Shown here one piece after another: positions 28,551-38,997 of a DNA stretch of 64,000 bases (position 1 is its first letter; each line of letters opens with the position of its first letter). The stretch lies in IMG/VR virus record IMGVR_UViG_3300034104_004920, positions 33,278 to 97,277 of that record. One strand, given 5' to 3'. The DNA is from a virus. The notes under the pieces are model-generated. The model had not been told where the DNA came from. It worked only from the letters and a program-made list of their open reading frames with translations, and made no database searches. A program made the position numbers and the translations under genes.

Positions 28551-29068
28551 ACTGCTCTTACTGTGTCGTCGTACTTTTTATCGAACATTCCGTACAACAC
28601 TGTGCCTTCTGGAAGAAGTAAAATTCCTGCCCATTTTTGGTCTTCGGTTGGCGCGTACAAAGTTTTAAATCTTGTTACCATGCCTTCCACTTCAATCAAC
28701 ACACCTGCACTGTGTTGTATTACTTTTTTTATCTTTTTGAACACCAGTGGCACACGTCTTGTCTTTTTATAGTTAAAGACCTTGCCATTGCTGTCTATAA
28801 ACCAAGTGTTGCCTTTGCTTATCTTGATGAGATCGCCTACAAAATATACCCCATATTTTATATTGTACAACATATCGCCAGACTTAAAAACTTGTAGCCT
28901 TCTTTCTGCAAGAGTGTTTCCTGGTTTGTTTTTATCGTCAATGATCTTTATTATGTTGACGTCGTCTTCCAGGTTCTTTTTTCTGTACAAAAAGAAGGTT
29001 ACATTGTTTTCAGTAATGGGTTCTTTACCTAACAGATATGCCGGAAAAGCTATATCTGCTAGATTCAT
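28547..29068 (-). CDS. conserved T5-like hypothetical protein
   Basis: FP.Y.L, IIDD....G.TLA.RRL, FIDSNG; lies between pol and D10 as in T5. Confidence 0.7.
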   Translation of the reverse strand: MNLADIAFPAYLLGKEPITENNVTFFLYRKKNLEDDVNIIKIIDDKNKPGNTLAERRLQVFKSGDMLYNIKYGVYFVGDLIKISKGNTWFIDSNGKVFNYKKTRRVPLVFKKIKKVIQHSAGVLIEVEGMVTRFKTLYAPTEDQKWAGILLLPEGTVLYGMFDKKYDDTVRAV

Positions 29069-31353
29069 TTTTTAGTCAACAATTCACCATTTTTTACTTC
29101 GTAGTATTCGTCGTACTTTCCAAAGCTGTAATCGGTTCCCACATCTTGATCTACACCAATTGGAGTGTTTGGAATACTGCAGCCTCGATCGCGCTGAGTA
29201 GAAGCCTTTAAAACTTCACAGTAACGCTCAACGTGTTCGTCTTTTACTAGTGCAACAATGGAGTCGTGTACTAGCATAAAGATTTTAGCATCCAGCTTCA
29301 AACGATTGATTTCGTCTTGAGCGTCCATTGCACCCAATAAGTTGATATCACTACAAACACTCTGAACTTCGGCATTGATTCCGCTTCTTACTTCGTGCGA
29401 AGCAATGCCCTTGTCTGCTGAAAACACATTTTCCAATCGTCGTTTACGACCAAAGAAACTGTATGTATAGCCGTTGGTTTCAATAAACTCTTTGCGAGCT
29501 TTCAACCAGCTTTTTAGCTTATTGAATCGTGTAAAGTAGCTGTCAATATCGTCTTGAGCCTGCGATATTGGATAGTTTTCGCCTGTGGCTTTTGTAACGC
29601 TCTCTGATACCTTTTTGGCACCTGAACCGTATAAAATCCCGAAACTAATAGCTTTTGCACTCTGCCGCATGTTGCTATACAGTTTCTTGACGTCTTCTAC
29701 ACTGCACGGTAAATTGAATACCATTTTTGCAATACTAGAGTGAAAGTCTCCTTTGGAAACAAACACACTCTGCAAGTTCTTATCTCCACTCAATACAGCT
29801 GCATAATACATTTCACCTGTTTGAAGGTCTTGTGAAACTATTTTGTAGCCGTCTGGGGCAACGATGCATCCTTTGATAATGGGATCATCACGAGGAATCT
29901 GTTGCGCATTAAACTTACCACTTGAAGATAAGCGCCCACTTGTGGTAAAAATAAGATTGAAATTTGTACGAATTCGCCCATCGCGGTCTAGTTCTGGTAG
30001 GATTTTAGAAACATAGCTAGATTGAATCTTGGCCAGTTGACGAACCTGCAGGATTTGGGCAGGCAGTGGATGTTGTTCACTAAGTTCTTCGAGTACTTCG
30101 GCATCTGTTGATAGGGCTCCGGTTTTTGTGAGCTTGCCCGTTGGTGAAAGTCCCACATAGTCGAATAAAACAGTTCGTAGTTGTTGAACTGAGTTGGGAT
30201 TGAAGATTTTGTTACTGTCTTGTTCAAAACGTTTTACCTCATCAAACTCGTAGATTTTGTTTTTTGCAGCTTGGATCTTTTCGTCCAAGTAAGTCATTGC
30301 AGACTCTAAACGAGACTTGCTCATTGGAATACCCACTTCTTCCATTTCCATTAAAAAGTGAGTTCCGCGAACTAGTAGGTTTTTGTATACCCAAGACAGT
30401 TTTGTGTTCTTTTCAATGAGTGGAAGAAACTTTTGATGTAATTCCCAAGTTACGCCAGTATCTTTTGCAGCATAAATTTTGATAATGTCAAACGGGATCA
30501 AGTCGTAAGTAAAGTCTTCTTCTTTGATTCCGTGCTTTCTGCAATAGTCCTTTTTAAAGGTCTCCAACGGAGAATCATAGTCTCCGTAGTCTGTGTACTT
30601 CAACGCCAAGTCTTTTAGACTGTGAGAACTGTTTTCGTCCAACACATAATGCTGAAGCATTGTGTCGTGTGTTCTAGACTTGTTGAAGTTTAAGGAAATA
30701 TGGTAGCGCAACATTTTGAAGTCAAACTTCATGTTGTGCATTACTGCTTCATACTTGTCTGAGATTTGTTGCAGTACTTCTAAATGGCGTTCGTCTAGAA
30801 TATCTGTGAGGATGTATCTGCCCTGCTTTGGCTTGTATGTCATGCTAATACCCAACACATAGCCGTCTCGAGGGTATAACGCAGTGGTTTCTGTGTCCCA
30901 CGCCACATGAGTGGTATTGCTGTTCAATACTTCATAAAAGTATTCCAATGCCTGCTCTGCATTGTCGATGCCATCAAAGTCTCCGATCGATACTGGTTTA
31001 ACATCACCAGACACATACTCATGAATCTTTTTTAGTGCTCTTTCAAAGTCTGGCTTGCCTTCTGGCTTGAATACCAGCATGCTGGGGTTTGTTAAACAAA
31101 CGTACTTGTCGTTTGTTAATGTACCCTGATAGTTTGTAACACTTGTAATCTTTGCGTACTCTTTTGCAGGCTCTGAGCCTACCAGTATAATCAAGTCGTA
31201 CGGTTCCAACAGTTTAGGGTCTAGGTCTACGTCTTTCTTTAGTAGCTTTTGAATGGGAACGCTACTCATGTGAAAAACATCAAACTCAAACTCAAAGTAC
31301 TTTTTGTAGTCTGCTCGTGACGGTGCTTTATCAATTACTGCTATCTTTTTCAT
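29065..31353 (-). CDS. family A DNA polymerase with 3'-5' exonuclease
   Basis: DTET, HNMKFD, YAAKD; TTSGRLSS, RQSAKAISFGILYG, VHDS. Confidence 0.95.
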   Translation of the reverse strand: MKKIAVIDKAPSRADYKKYFEFEFDVFHMSSVPIQKLLKKDVDLDPKLLEPYDLIILVGSEPAKEYAKITSVTNYQGTLTNDKYVCLTNPSMLVFKPEGKPDFERALKKIHEYVSGDVKPVSIGDFDGIDNAEQALEYFYEVLNSNTTHVAWDTETTALYPRDGYVLGISMTYKPKQGRYILTDILDERHLEVLQQISDKYEAVMHNMKFDFKMLRYHISLNFNKSRTHDTMLQHYVLDENSSHSLKDLALKYTDYGDYDSPLETFKKDYCRKHGIKEEDFTYDLIPFDIIKIYAAKDTGVTWELHQKFLPLIEKNTKLSWVYKNLLVRGTHFLMEMEEVGIPMSKSRLESAMTYLDEKIQAAKNKIYEFDEVKRFEQDSNKIFNPNSVQQLRTVLFDYVGLSPTGKLTKTGALSTDAEVLEELSEQHPLPAQILQVRQLAKIQSSYVSKILPELDRDGRIRTNFNLIFTTSGRLSSSGKFNAQQIPRDDPIIKGCIVAPDGYKIVSQDLQTGEMYYAAVLSGDKNLQSVFVSKGDFHSSIAKMVFNLPCSVEDVKKLYSNMRQSAKAISFGILYGSGAKKVSESVTKATGENYPISQAQDDIDSYFTRFNKLKSWLKARKEFIETNGYTYSFFGRKRRLENVFSADKGIASHEVRSGINAEVQSVCSDINLLGAMDAQDEINRLKLDAKIFMLVHDSIVALVKDEHVERYCEVLKASTQRDRGCSIPNTPIGVDQDVGTDYSFGKYDEYYEVKNGELLTKK

Positions 31354-32200
31354 TAATCCATTCCTTTATGCTGTTAACGTATTCTTGCGACAAATCGCCA
31401 GGGTCTTGAGTTTCTTCCAACACTATTTTTTCAACCAAATAGTTGCATTCTTGAAGAATGGGCTCTAGCTTTTCCATTGCTTTTTGACCAGGCTCATCGC
31501 CGTCGTACATTAAGTAGATTTTGTTTATTCCTTGTGTTTTTAGACTTAATAGCTTTAATTGTGCGTCTTCAAAAAGTGTGTTTGTGCCAAAAGTACAAGC
31601 AACATTCTTTAAGCCTTTGTCGTACAAGTTCAGCATATCAAATATGCCTTCTACTAACACAACACTCTTTGCGTCTTCAAATACTTCTGGATAGATGGGC
31701 AGTCTTACACCAGATGGATAGTTTAAGTATCTAGGATTTCCACTACTCAACATGTGTCTGCCAACAAACACCTGTGTCTTATTTCTCAAGTCTTTTATTG
31801 GGAACCAAATTCTGTCCTGAAGTTTTTCATCACCGGTTGTAGTGCAAAACGCATCAAAGTGCTTTAGTGTTGCTGTACTTATTCCTCTAAAGGGCTTTGT
31901 TATTGGAACTTGTCGCTCTGGAAACTCAACACCGTTCATGCTAATATTTAGGCTTTCTAGCTTCTTTTTTAGTTTTGCTATTTTAACACTGTATGGTGTT
32001 GTTGTTATTCCAAAATACTTGAATATGTTTGTTTTAAACCCACAACTAAAGCAGTGTGCTATTCCACTGCTTTTGTCGATTCTAAAGCTGGGGTTTCTGT
32101 CGTCATGATCTGGGTTTAAACAATGCGTAACCCAGTCTTGACCACTGCTTGTGGCTGGTATGTTGTTCTTTTGTAAAAGCTGTAGTACTGGGTCTGACAT
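31331..32200 (-). CDS. DNA primase
   Basis: CLNPDH.D..PS, CFSCG zinc finger; TOPRIM VEGIFD, YDGD, DPGD. Confidence 0.92.
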   Translation of the reverse strand: MSDPVLQLLQKNNIPATSSGQDWVTHCLNPDHDDRNPSFRIDKSSGIAHCFSCGFKTNIFKYFGITTTPYSVKIAKLKKKLESLNISMNGVEFPERQVPITKPFRGISTATLKHFDAFCTTTGDEKLQDRIWFPIKDLRNKTQVFVGRHMLSSGNPRYLNYPSGVRLPIYPEVFEDAKSVVLVEGIFDMLNLYDKGLKNVACTFGTNTLFEDAQLKLLSLKTQGINKIYLMYDGDEPGQKAMEKLEPILQECNYLVEKIVLEETQDPGDLSQEYVNSIKEWINEKDSSN

Positions 32201-32201
32201 T

Positions 32202-33578
32202 TTATAAATTCCAAGGTATGTCGCTGCTGCTATCGTCTACTTCTTTTGTCTTTTTTGCTTTTTTGATCGTTTCTTTCTTCTCTGGAGCATCAATAGAATT
32301 AGGACTAATTCTCAAAGTTTCCCAATTTATAGGAGAAGTTATTGTAAGCTCGCTCGCACCTCTGATTTTTGTAGTGCTAAAAGTAAGTGCGGCTTTTTCT
32401 TTGTCATGGGCTTCCATTACCAGTGCAATGTCTGCTGCATCCAAGATGCCTTTGGCAAATCTTGCTTCGCCACTTGCATCTATTTGATAAGGAGAAACCA
32501 TTACTATTTCGTACTTTCGTGCCAAGTTTTTGAGTTTTTTACTGATTTCTATCTGAGGCTGCCAGTCGTATTGACTAGCACCTTCTATTACAATTTGGTT
32601 TAAGTAGTCTACAACACAAACAGTAAACTTGTCTCCAAACTTAGATTTCAGCTTTCCTAAGTGCAAATCTAAGCTGGTAATGGTAAGAGCTCTGTCGTCA
32701 ATAATAATCATTTGATTATCTTGATTCAGTGCTTTTTCTCGTACCAGTCTGTTTTCAAAGCGATAACGATCTCGAGTTCTACGAAACTCGTCGACCAAGT
32801 CATCTGCGTCTTGAAACATGCCTGCTCGTGCTTTTACCAGTTTTAACAAGTCTTCTTCAGTTAGTTTGTTTTGCTTGATGGCCTGATGGTTTACGTCGGC
32901 CAGAATACTCATGTTTCGTTCTAGTACTTCTTTTGCTGTCATTTCAATTGTGAATATAACAGCAGTGTTTCCGTTTTCGTACTGATTTACAAGAATATTA
33001 CTACTACAAATAGATTTGCCACTGCCTCTTTTGCCGCCTATCAAGATCAGTTCTTGTCGTGCAACACCACTCAGTGCTGCATCAAAACTATTATTGAATC
33101 CAAGAAACACTCTGTCTCGTGCAAGGTCTTCTGGATTTGTAAACAGCAGTATGTCTGACATATTGTAGACCCCTTCGGTTGTTAGGGTCTTGTCTTCCAG
33201 GGTCAGTACAATGCTGCTCAAATTGTCTTTTATTTCCTGACTGTCGTATACAGGTAATTTGTCGATAAACTTGTCTAATAGCTTTATGGCCTCATTTTGT
33301 GTATACTGATCAATCAAGGCATTTAGTGCAACTTCTGCACTAATGTCTTCGTTTGTTGCTAGTTTTACGGTTGCCAGCGTTCTAAGTGCTGGGCCTTCTC
33401 GTAGTGTTAGCTCTAATTCGTCGAAACTTGGAATGTTACTGTAGTTATCGTAGTACTTAGAAATAGCACTATATAAACTGCTAAAGGCTGGGTCCAAAAA
33501 GGCGAGTTTTAGCCTAGACCAAATATCCAAGTTTCTTTCTACTAGCAGTTTATTTAGTACAATAGCACTACAATCCAT
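32202..33578 (-). CDS. replicative DnaB-like helicase (T5 D6-like)
   Basis: GKRGSGKS, FTIEM, VVDY, SPYQ. Confidence 0.9.
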   Translation of the reverse strand: MDCSAIVLNKLLVERNLDIWSRLKLAFLDPAFSSLYSAISKYYDNYSNIPSFDELELTLREGPALRTLATVKLATNEDISAEVALNALIDQYTQNEAIKLLDKFIDKLPVYDSQEIKDNLSSIVLTLEDKTLTTEGVYNMSDILLFTNPEDLARDRVFLGFNNSFDAALSGVARQELILIGGKRGSGKSICSSNILVNQYENGNTAVIFTIEMTAKEVLERNMSILADVNHQAIKQNKLTEEDLLKLVKARAGMFQDADDLVDEFRRTRDRYRFENRLVREKALNQDNQMIIIDDRALTITSLDLHLGKLKSKFGDKFTVCVVDYLNQIVIEGASQYDWQPQIEISKKLKNLARKYEIVMVSPYQIDASGEARFAKGILDAADIALVMEAHDKEKAALTFSTTKIRGASELTITSPINWETLRISPNSIDAPEKKETIKKAKKTKEVDDSSSDIPWNL

Positions 33579-33877
33579 TAGGTCACTCTTGATTCATTGT
33601 CTATGATAACTTGATTAAGTATTTCCTCAACTTTTGCTAGTATGTCGTTTCTCAACTCTTTTATTTCATGCTGATAAAACGCTTTTTTATCAAAAATAAT
33701 ACTTAACTGCTTGTGTGTTATTAACTGCTGAATGCCAAAATAAATGGCATCGTACGCTATCCAGCTTTCCGGCGTTATTTCTACTGTTACATTTTTGCCG
33801 TAATTGTGCTGTGCTTGGCGCACGATTTCCTCCACAGTCAGGCTGTCGAGGTCGTGATATGATATGTTTACCTTCAT
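33578..33877 (-). CDS. hypothetical protein
   Basis: ORF coupled to neighbours. Confidence 0.6.
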   Translation of the reverse strand: MKVNISYHDLDSLTVEEIVRQAQHNYGKNVTVEITPESWIAYDAIYFGIQQLITHKQLSIIFDKKAFYQHEIKELRNDILAKVEEILNQVIIDNESRVT

Positions 33878-34137
33878 TTATATTTTTGTTCCAAAGCCTC
33901 AAGCTGGGCCAGTTCTACTAATTCTTTTTTGTGTTTCTCTTTTAAGTCGATCAGCTCTTTTTCTTGATTTACAAACAGCTTTAGTCTCTTGTTGGTGTAC
34001 CCCAGGCTTAGACCACGATGTGCAAGATTGTATTCTGGAGAATACAGCTTCCAGTCTGTTCCCACTACGCCGGCCCGGATTTTGAATTCTGACCAGCTCT
34101 TCTCGTCGTCGTAAATAGCACTGATTGATGAACCCAT
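33874..34137 (-). CDS. hypothetical protein
   Basis: GAGG RBS, coupled to next gene. Confidence 0.55.
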   Translation of the reverse strand: MGSSISAIYDDEKSWSEFKIRAGVVGTDWKLYSPEYNLAHRGLSLGYTNKRLKLFVNQEKELIDLKEKHKKELVELAQLEALEQKYK

Positions 34138-34152
34138 ATTATTTCCTCAGAA

Positions 34153-34192
34153 CAAAAAGGCATAGAGCTTTTTAGTTCTCTATGCCTTTATT
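34153..34192 (-). terminator. intrinsic terminator
   Basis: aaggcatagag / ctctatgcctt, U-run on - strand. Confidence 0.7.
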
Positions 34193-34207
34193 TATACAAT
34201 CTGTATA

Positions 34208-34954
34208 TTACTCAGCAGATTTGGCTTCTGCTTTTGCCTTCTTGGCAGCACCATCATAGTCTGCTACCTTGATACCACGGCGAGTCAGCATTGTCTTGAT
34301 GCCGCGCTCGGTCTTGTCTACAGCCTGTGCGATCTGTGTAACAGTCATGGTATTGATCTTGTCGCCAAGTTGAGCAACTGGATCTGGCTGTGCATTGCTG
34401 TGTGAAGTCTTTTGAGCGGGGATCTTTGAGATCTGGCCGTTGCGAGTAAGGCTGAGTGCCTTTCCGCGAACTGAGGCAATGGTCTTTCCAAGAGCGTCTG
34501 CAATGTCTTCGATAAACTTGCCAGACTCTGCCATCTTTACGAAAACAGCTTCTTCTTGTTCTGAATAAGACTTGGCAGCCTCTACCTTTTCAGCTGGCTT
34601 GACCATGCCGGTAAGTTCCATGCTCAAGATCTTGCCCTGAATTTCCTTGGCAGAGAACTTGCCTTCCAGGAACACTTCTGAGATTTGCTTGTAGGTCATT
34701 GTGCCTGAGTTTTGCTCAACAAAACGTGCAAGGCTTTGTGCTTCTTGGTCTGAGAAGCGTGAGACCTTTACCTTAGCCAGTGAGGCTACTTCACGGTCTA
34801 GCTGACGTAGCTTTGATGCTACTGAACGGGTAGATACACCTAGTTGTTCTGCTGCGGCTTCTACGGTTTCGGGACTGACTGGAGACTCGTTTCCTACTGC
34901 GGCTAGTAGAGTTTGAACTGCTTCGTCTGACCACTTCTTGGTTTTTTCTGTCAT
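34208..34954 (-). CDS. multi-HTH DNA-binding protein (T5 D5-like)
   Basis: repeated HTH units (RSVASKLR, KEIQGKIL, SVRGKALSL, RGIKTMLTRRG), ADYDGAAK; follows ligase B as in T5. Confidence 0.85.
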   Translation of the reverse strand: MTEKTKKWSDEAVQTLLAAVGNESPVSPETVEAAAEQLGVSTRSVASKLRQLDREVASLAKVKVSRFSDQEAQSLARFVEQNSGTMTYKQISEVFLEGKFSAKEIQGKILSMELTGMVKPAEKVEAAKSYSEQEEAVFVKMAESGKFIEDIADALGKTIASVRGKALSLTRNGQISKIPAQKTSHSNAQPDPVAQLGDKINTMTVTQIAQAVDKTERGIKTMLTRRGIKVADYDGAAKKAKAEAKSAE

Positions 34955-34955
34955 T

Positions 34956-35711
34956 TTAGATTTCTTTCTTTAAAAATTTGTCGAGGTTACTGATGATTGT
35001 TATGCCATAACTGTCTGCTTTTTGTCTTTTTGTGCTGTTATCGTTTGCTTCGTCTACCAAATAGTCAAGCGACTTTGTGACAGACTCTACTACTTTATAA
35101 CCGCCTTCTTCTAGAGCTTTTTGTGCTAGTGCTTTTGTTTTGAAGGTTTTTAGCTTGCCAGTGATGCATACTGTGGCCAAATATTCTTTGGCCTGTTGCT
35201 TTGATGCAGAAGTCCAGGAAAATGGCAAAAATTCCTGAAGCTCTGCTAGTTCTGAGTTGATCCAAGCCATAAGGTTTTGTGTAGCCTTATCGCCTAGTCC
35301 AGCTTCTTTACATTTGGTTTCGGTTATCTCACTTACATGATTTACTGCACCTGAAATCTTCTCACTTGCCGTAGACCCGATAAGTGGAATAGAAAAGCTC
35401 TGTAGCACTACGCTGAGCTTTGCAGACTTTGACAATTCTATTTCTTGAAAGAGTTTTTCTGCAAGCCTTGCACTGCCAAGAGCAATTTCTACTTCTTTTT
35501 GATCTAGAAAGTAAATTTCAGTGATATCGTTGAGTGATAGTTTTTCAAGTGTTTTTGGGCCCATGCCCTTAATACCAATTGTTTTACAAAAATGTTCAAT
35601 CTTTTTGAACACTTGAGCATCGCACAGGGGGTTGCGGCAAAACAATTGTTCATTGATTGTTTCAAGGGTATAGTTGCAGCAGGGGCAATTATTTGGTATG
35701 GTAATTTGCAT
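34956..35711 (-). CDS. ligB: NAD-dependent DNA ligase subunit B (Zn finger, HhH, BRCT)
   Basis: CPCC...C.N..C, IKGMGPKT, IPLIG, VCITG...VTKSLDYLV BRCT. Confidence 0.9.
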   Translation of the reverse strand: MQITIPNNCPCCNYTLETINEQLFCRNPLCDAQVFKKIEHFCKTIGIKGMGPKTLEKLSLNDITEIYFLDQKEVEIALGSARLAEKLFQEIELSKSAKLSVVLQSFSIPLIGSTASEKISGAVNHVSEITETKCKEAGLGDKATQNLMAWINSELAELQEFLPFSWTSASKQQAKEYLATVCITGKLKTFKTKALAQKALEEGGYKVVESVTKSLDYLVDEANDNSTKRQKADSYGITIISNLDKFLKKEI

Positions 35712-35736
35712 GGGTCTTTAACTAATCAAGAACACT

Positions 35737-35765
35737 ATTATAGCCTAAAAGATACCGTCGTACAA
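35737..35765 (-). promoter_or_regulatory. sigma70-type promoter
   Basis: TTGTAC-17 nt-TATAAT just upstream of ligB. Confidence 0.7.
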
Positions 35766-36000
35766 CATTAAATTTTTAATGCTCGACGTAGCCAATTCTT
35801 GCTTTTTGGTTGAAAGTGGACAGTTACTGTGTCAATCATACAGCCACTCCCTGGTAATACGTCTCATGGTTTTAAGATAGTCCAGCAATATCTGATTTTC
35901 TTTGTAGATATGCTCCAAAGCGTCTGCAGCTTGTTCAATCAAATCTGGATTTGCTCCGGTCTCGGGTACTGCCCTCAGTTGTTGTACAATGTCTTTTACG

Positions 36001-36609
36001 TTAAACATAGTTCTTTTCCTTTAGCCTGGCCTCAATTGCACGGACAATGTCTGCCCAATCACCGCCCTCAAGACCATCGTCAAAAATCTGTACAATTTCC
36101 TCATTAGTCAGACTCACCCACTCGACTCGAGGTGGAACGGTGTAGACCACATCACCCTTGCGTACAGAAGTGCTTTTAAAGTGGCAAATGTCTCCCAGTT
36201 TGCCAGTGATCTTGTAGGCCGACGGATCTTGTTGTTCTTGAGCCCACGTCCCGCAGTGAATGCATCGGTACTGCCCAGGTTTCATGCCTCCGGTTCGGAA
36301 CCATTCGTGGTTGTGCGAAATTGCCGCCGGTTCCTGCGCCAGCGCGAGCTTGTGCATCGTCCAGTCCCGAATCCACACCCGCAGGAACTCTCGGGCAGAC
36401 TGGCGGGCACCAGGAGCTGCGCCTAGGCCGTCCAGAATCGCGTTCAGTTGGGCAACGCTCGGCTCTGGGCTGTACCCCTGATCTGGTTGCTCCAACACTG
36501 CGTCTAAGGCGATAAGGGCTTCGGACCAGTTGTCACATCTGCCGCGATAGGCAAAGTCTTCCAATGCCTTTATGGCTTTTTCTAATACTGCTTCGTCAAC
36601 CGTCTTCAT
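36001..36609 (-). CDS. mosaic hypothetical protein
   Basis: GC-rich centre; C-terminal EWVSLTNEEI...RAIEARLKEKN motif. Confidence 0.6.
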   Translation of the reverse strand: MKTVDEAVLEKAIKALEDFAYRGRCDNWSEALIALDAVLEQPDQGYSPEPSVAQLNAILDGLGAAPGARQSAREFLRVWIRDWTMHKLALAQEPAAISHNHEWFRTGGMKPGQYRCIHCGTWAQEQQDPSAYKITGKLGDICHFKSTSVRKGDVVYTVPPRVEWVSLTNEEIVQIFDDGLEGGDWADIVRAIEARLKEKNYV

Positions 36610-36949
36610 TTTTGTACTTTTTCCACAGTGCTTCATGCAACTCAGTCCAGTATTCCATGTCCATTGCAGTTGGTTCGTATGTTTCATCGAACACTATGTC
36701 GTTTGCAATTTGCAGTTTAATAGTTTTTCGTGCTTCAATGCGTAGCAGGGTCTGCAGTTGTGGAAGACTCCAGTTGATGTTGTCGTACAGCTCCTGGGCT
36801 TTTTCAGATACCTTTGGATCTAATGCAATTTCTGTCTCCATTTGTATTAGATCGTTTAGTGCCTTGACTGGGTCCTCATCATGTGAAGGGTTGTAGATGT
36901 GCAGACTCACCAAACGATCAATGACAGCATCTTTCCAATTATTGTTCAT
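36596..36949 (-). CDS. hypothetical protein
   Basis: WKDAVID...IALDPKVSE.A motif. Confidence 0.6.
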   Translation of the reverse strand: MNNNWKDAVIDRLVSLHIYNPSHDEDPVKALNDLIQMETEIALDPKVSEKAQELYDNINWSLPQLQTLLRIEARKTIKLQIANDIVFDETYEPTAMDMEYWTELHEALWKKYKNEDG

Positions 36950-37096
36950 GTTTATTTAGTTTGTATTGTAGACGTGCTGCTATAGCTGCCCACATTGCTA
37001 CGCTTAGTTGTGATGTCGCCAAAGCCCAATGTTGGTCGGCAAGCGACATTCCGCACAACACCAAGTTCAAAGCACATATTGCTAGTGATAATACTA

Positions 37097-38044
37097 TCAT
37101 ACTTTGTACACAATCTCAGGAATGATTTCGCCTGCTCGACGAATGCCTACTACATCACCAATACACAACTCCAGTGCTTTGATAAAGCCAGGATTGTTCA
37201 ACGTGGCTCGGCTCACTGTTGCATCGCCTACCATAACGGGTTCCAAGATGGCTACAGGAGTTACTTTGCCTGTCTTGCCAACTTGCCATTCCACGTCCAG
37301 CAACACAGTCTCAACACACTCCTGACGAGTCTTCAACGCATAAGCACCACGAGGATGCTTGCTGGTGTGCCCCAGCTCATCAAAGCGTTCATTGTTGTCT
37401 ACACGAAATACCAAACCATCAGTGGGATAGATCTTTTCCAGGTGGTTATCAAACACAGTAGAAAAGCCCACTGCACTCAGTGTGTTCATGTCTTGAGTGA
37501 AGGTTTCGGTTAGATATGGATACACACCATATGCAAAAAACTCAACACTGCGAGTTTTCCACTCTGACAAGTCACTCAAGTTCAAGCTGCCTGCTGCATA
37601 GTTGCGAGCATTCTCAATGTGACTCGGAGCACACACTTCTCCAGTGATCTGAACTGTGTGACCCCAGAAGTCTGGAATCTTGACAGGAACCAGACGAGCT
37701 ACCTTGTCTGTTACATCACGACCGTTCACACCATCGCCTCGGGTGAGTGCACGAACAAAATTGCCGTTTACGTATAACACACTGATTGCTGCACCATCCA
37801 GCTTTACAGTGACTGCAATGTTCTTTTCGTTGTGCAGTGGGCTGGGCTTGTTTGAGTCTTCGTAGTGCTTTTGAAGACTGTACATTTGATACATATGGGC
37901 TTGTGAGTCACCCCACTCACTGCTACCTACTTTGTTGTAGTTTGAGATAGCCGCCAGTCGATCAAACTGTTCGTCAGAGATGATGGGCACACCGTTGTAA
38001 TATTGACGGCTGCACTCGTCTAGATAGTTGTGTAGTGTTTTCAT
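37097..38044 (-). CDS. ligA: NAD-dependent DNA ligase subunit A (adenylation + OB)
   Basis: YYNG.PIISDEQFD, KLDG, LTRGDG, TDGLV, WQVGKTG, RAGEIIP. Confidence 0.93.
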   Translation of the reverse strand: MKTLHNYLDECSRQYYNGVPIISDEQFDRLAAISNYNKVGSSEWGDSQAHMYQMYSLQKHYEDSNKPSPLHNEKNIAVTVKLDGAAISVLYVNGNFVRALTRGDGVNGRDVTDKVARLVPVKIPDFWGHTVQITGEVCAPSHIENARNYAAGSLNLSDLSEWKTRSVEFFAYGVYPYLTETFTQDMNTLSAVGFSTVFDNHLEKIYPTDGLVFRVDNNERFDELGHTSKHPRGAYALKTRQECVETVLLDVEWQVGKTGKVTPVAILEPVMVGDATVSRATLNNPGFIKALELCIGDVVGIRRAGEIIPEIVYKV

Positions 38045-38077
38045 AGTATCTATTATACAACAATAATTGATTAAATT

Positions 38078-38344
38078 CTAGTCTTTAATTCTAGAACTAA
38101 TATGCTGTTTGATTGAATCCCACCCTTCACTCTTGCTTAACACATCCAACAATCCGTCTAAAATATTATAAGTATTTTGAATAGTTGCTGGAATACTTGC
38201 CCCTTCTTTGCTTGGATGGTAGTCACCGTCATAGGTTAAAAAATATTTTCGAAGGTGTATATACTCCACGTCCCTAAACGTACTGTACGTTAGTCTGTAT
38301 TGATAGCCTTTTTCTTCATTTTCATAAATTGTTTTTTCGTACAT
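38078..38344 (-). CDS. PC4-like ssDNA-binding protein
   Basis: RLT.STFR..EY.HLRKYF...G...PSKEG. Confidence 0.7.
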   Translation of the reverse strand: MYEKTIYENEEKGYQYRLTYSTFRDVEYIHLRKYFLTYDGDYHPSKEGASIPATIQNTYNILDGLLDVLSKSEGWDSIKQHISSRIKD

Positions 38345-38952
38345 TAGGTTATTCCGTATTCTTTTAAGTGTTGTAGGCTTGCTAGCTCAGATGCTGGCTG
38401 CAGTGCATATTGTTGCCAACGATCGCTAACTAGCCAGATTCGGTAAACCTTTTCTAGGCGGTGTGGAACTTCTGCTTCGATTGTGCAAAGGCTGTCGTAT
38501 CGTGCACTGTAAACTTTTTCTCCAATGGAAAATTGTGTTCTTACACAATCTTCTGGAATGAGTTCTGGTTTAAAGTAGTCGTGCTTTCGCTGACGGCGAG
38601 GAATGTTGTAGGTGTTCAATACTTGGGTTACAAAAGTTGAGGGTCTGTGAAGAGACTCGCTTATCTTTTCTACCGACTCTCCGTTGAGATAGTATTTTGC
38701 AATATAACTGATCTCGTCTTTTGTTGCAGGCATACCGCGCTTTTGAGCCCTCAGCCGCTTGTCTCTTTCCTGACTTTCACGATGCTTTTCAATGATCTTG
38801 TCTAAGCGAGTGGTATTGTAGGCAATGTTCAGGATTTCACAAGCTGCTTTTTTGGTGATGGGTGGCACAGCACTCAACAGCTTTAACACCCTTTCAATGT
38901 TATTTGAATCCAGCTTTTCATTTTCACCATTCTTTGTTTTCTTGTTAGCCAT
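38344..38952 (-). CDS. putative DNA-binding protein
   Basis: ITKKAACEILNIAYNTTRL plus a second HTH-like segment. Confidence 0.6.
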   Translation of the reverse strand: MANKKTKNGENEKLDSNNIERVLKLLSAVPPITKKAACEILNIAYNTTRLDKIIEKHRESQERDKRLRAQKRGMPATKDEISYIAKYYLNGESVEKISESLHRPSTFVTQVLNTYNIPRRQRKHDYFKPELIPEDCVRTQFSIGEKVYSARYDSLCTIEAEVPHRLEKVYRIWLVSDRWQQYALQPASELASLQHLKEYGIT

Positions 38953-38973
38953 ATATGATCTCCTGAAAAAATT

Positions 38974-38997
38974 AAAGCGGCACGAGGCCGCTTTTTA
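38974..38997 (-). terminator. putative terminator
   Basis: aaagcggc / gccgcttt hairpin. Confidence 0.55.

Noticed and set aside
18612-33578. Inteins, introns or homing endonucleases in RNR, polymerase or helicases
   Set aside because: Lengths and motif spacing are normal; no intein termini or HNH/GIY-YIG/LAGLIDADG ORFs seen
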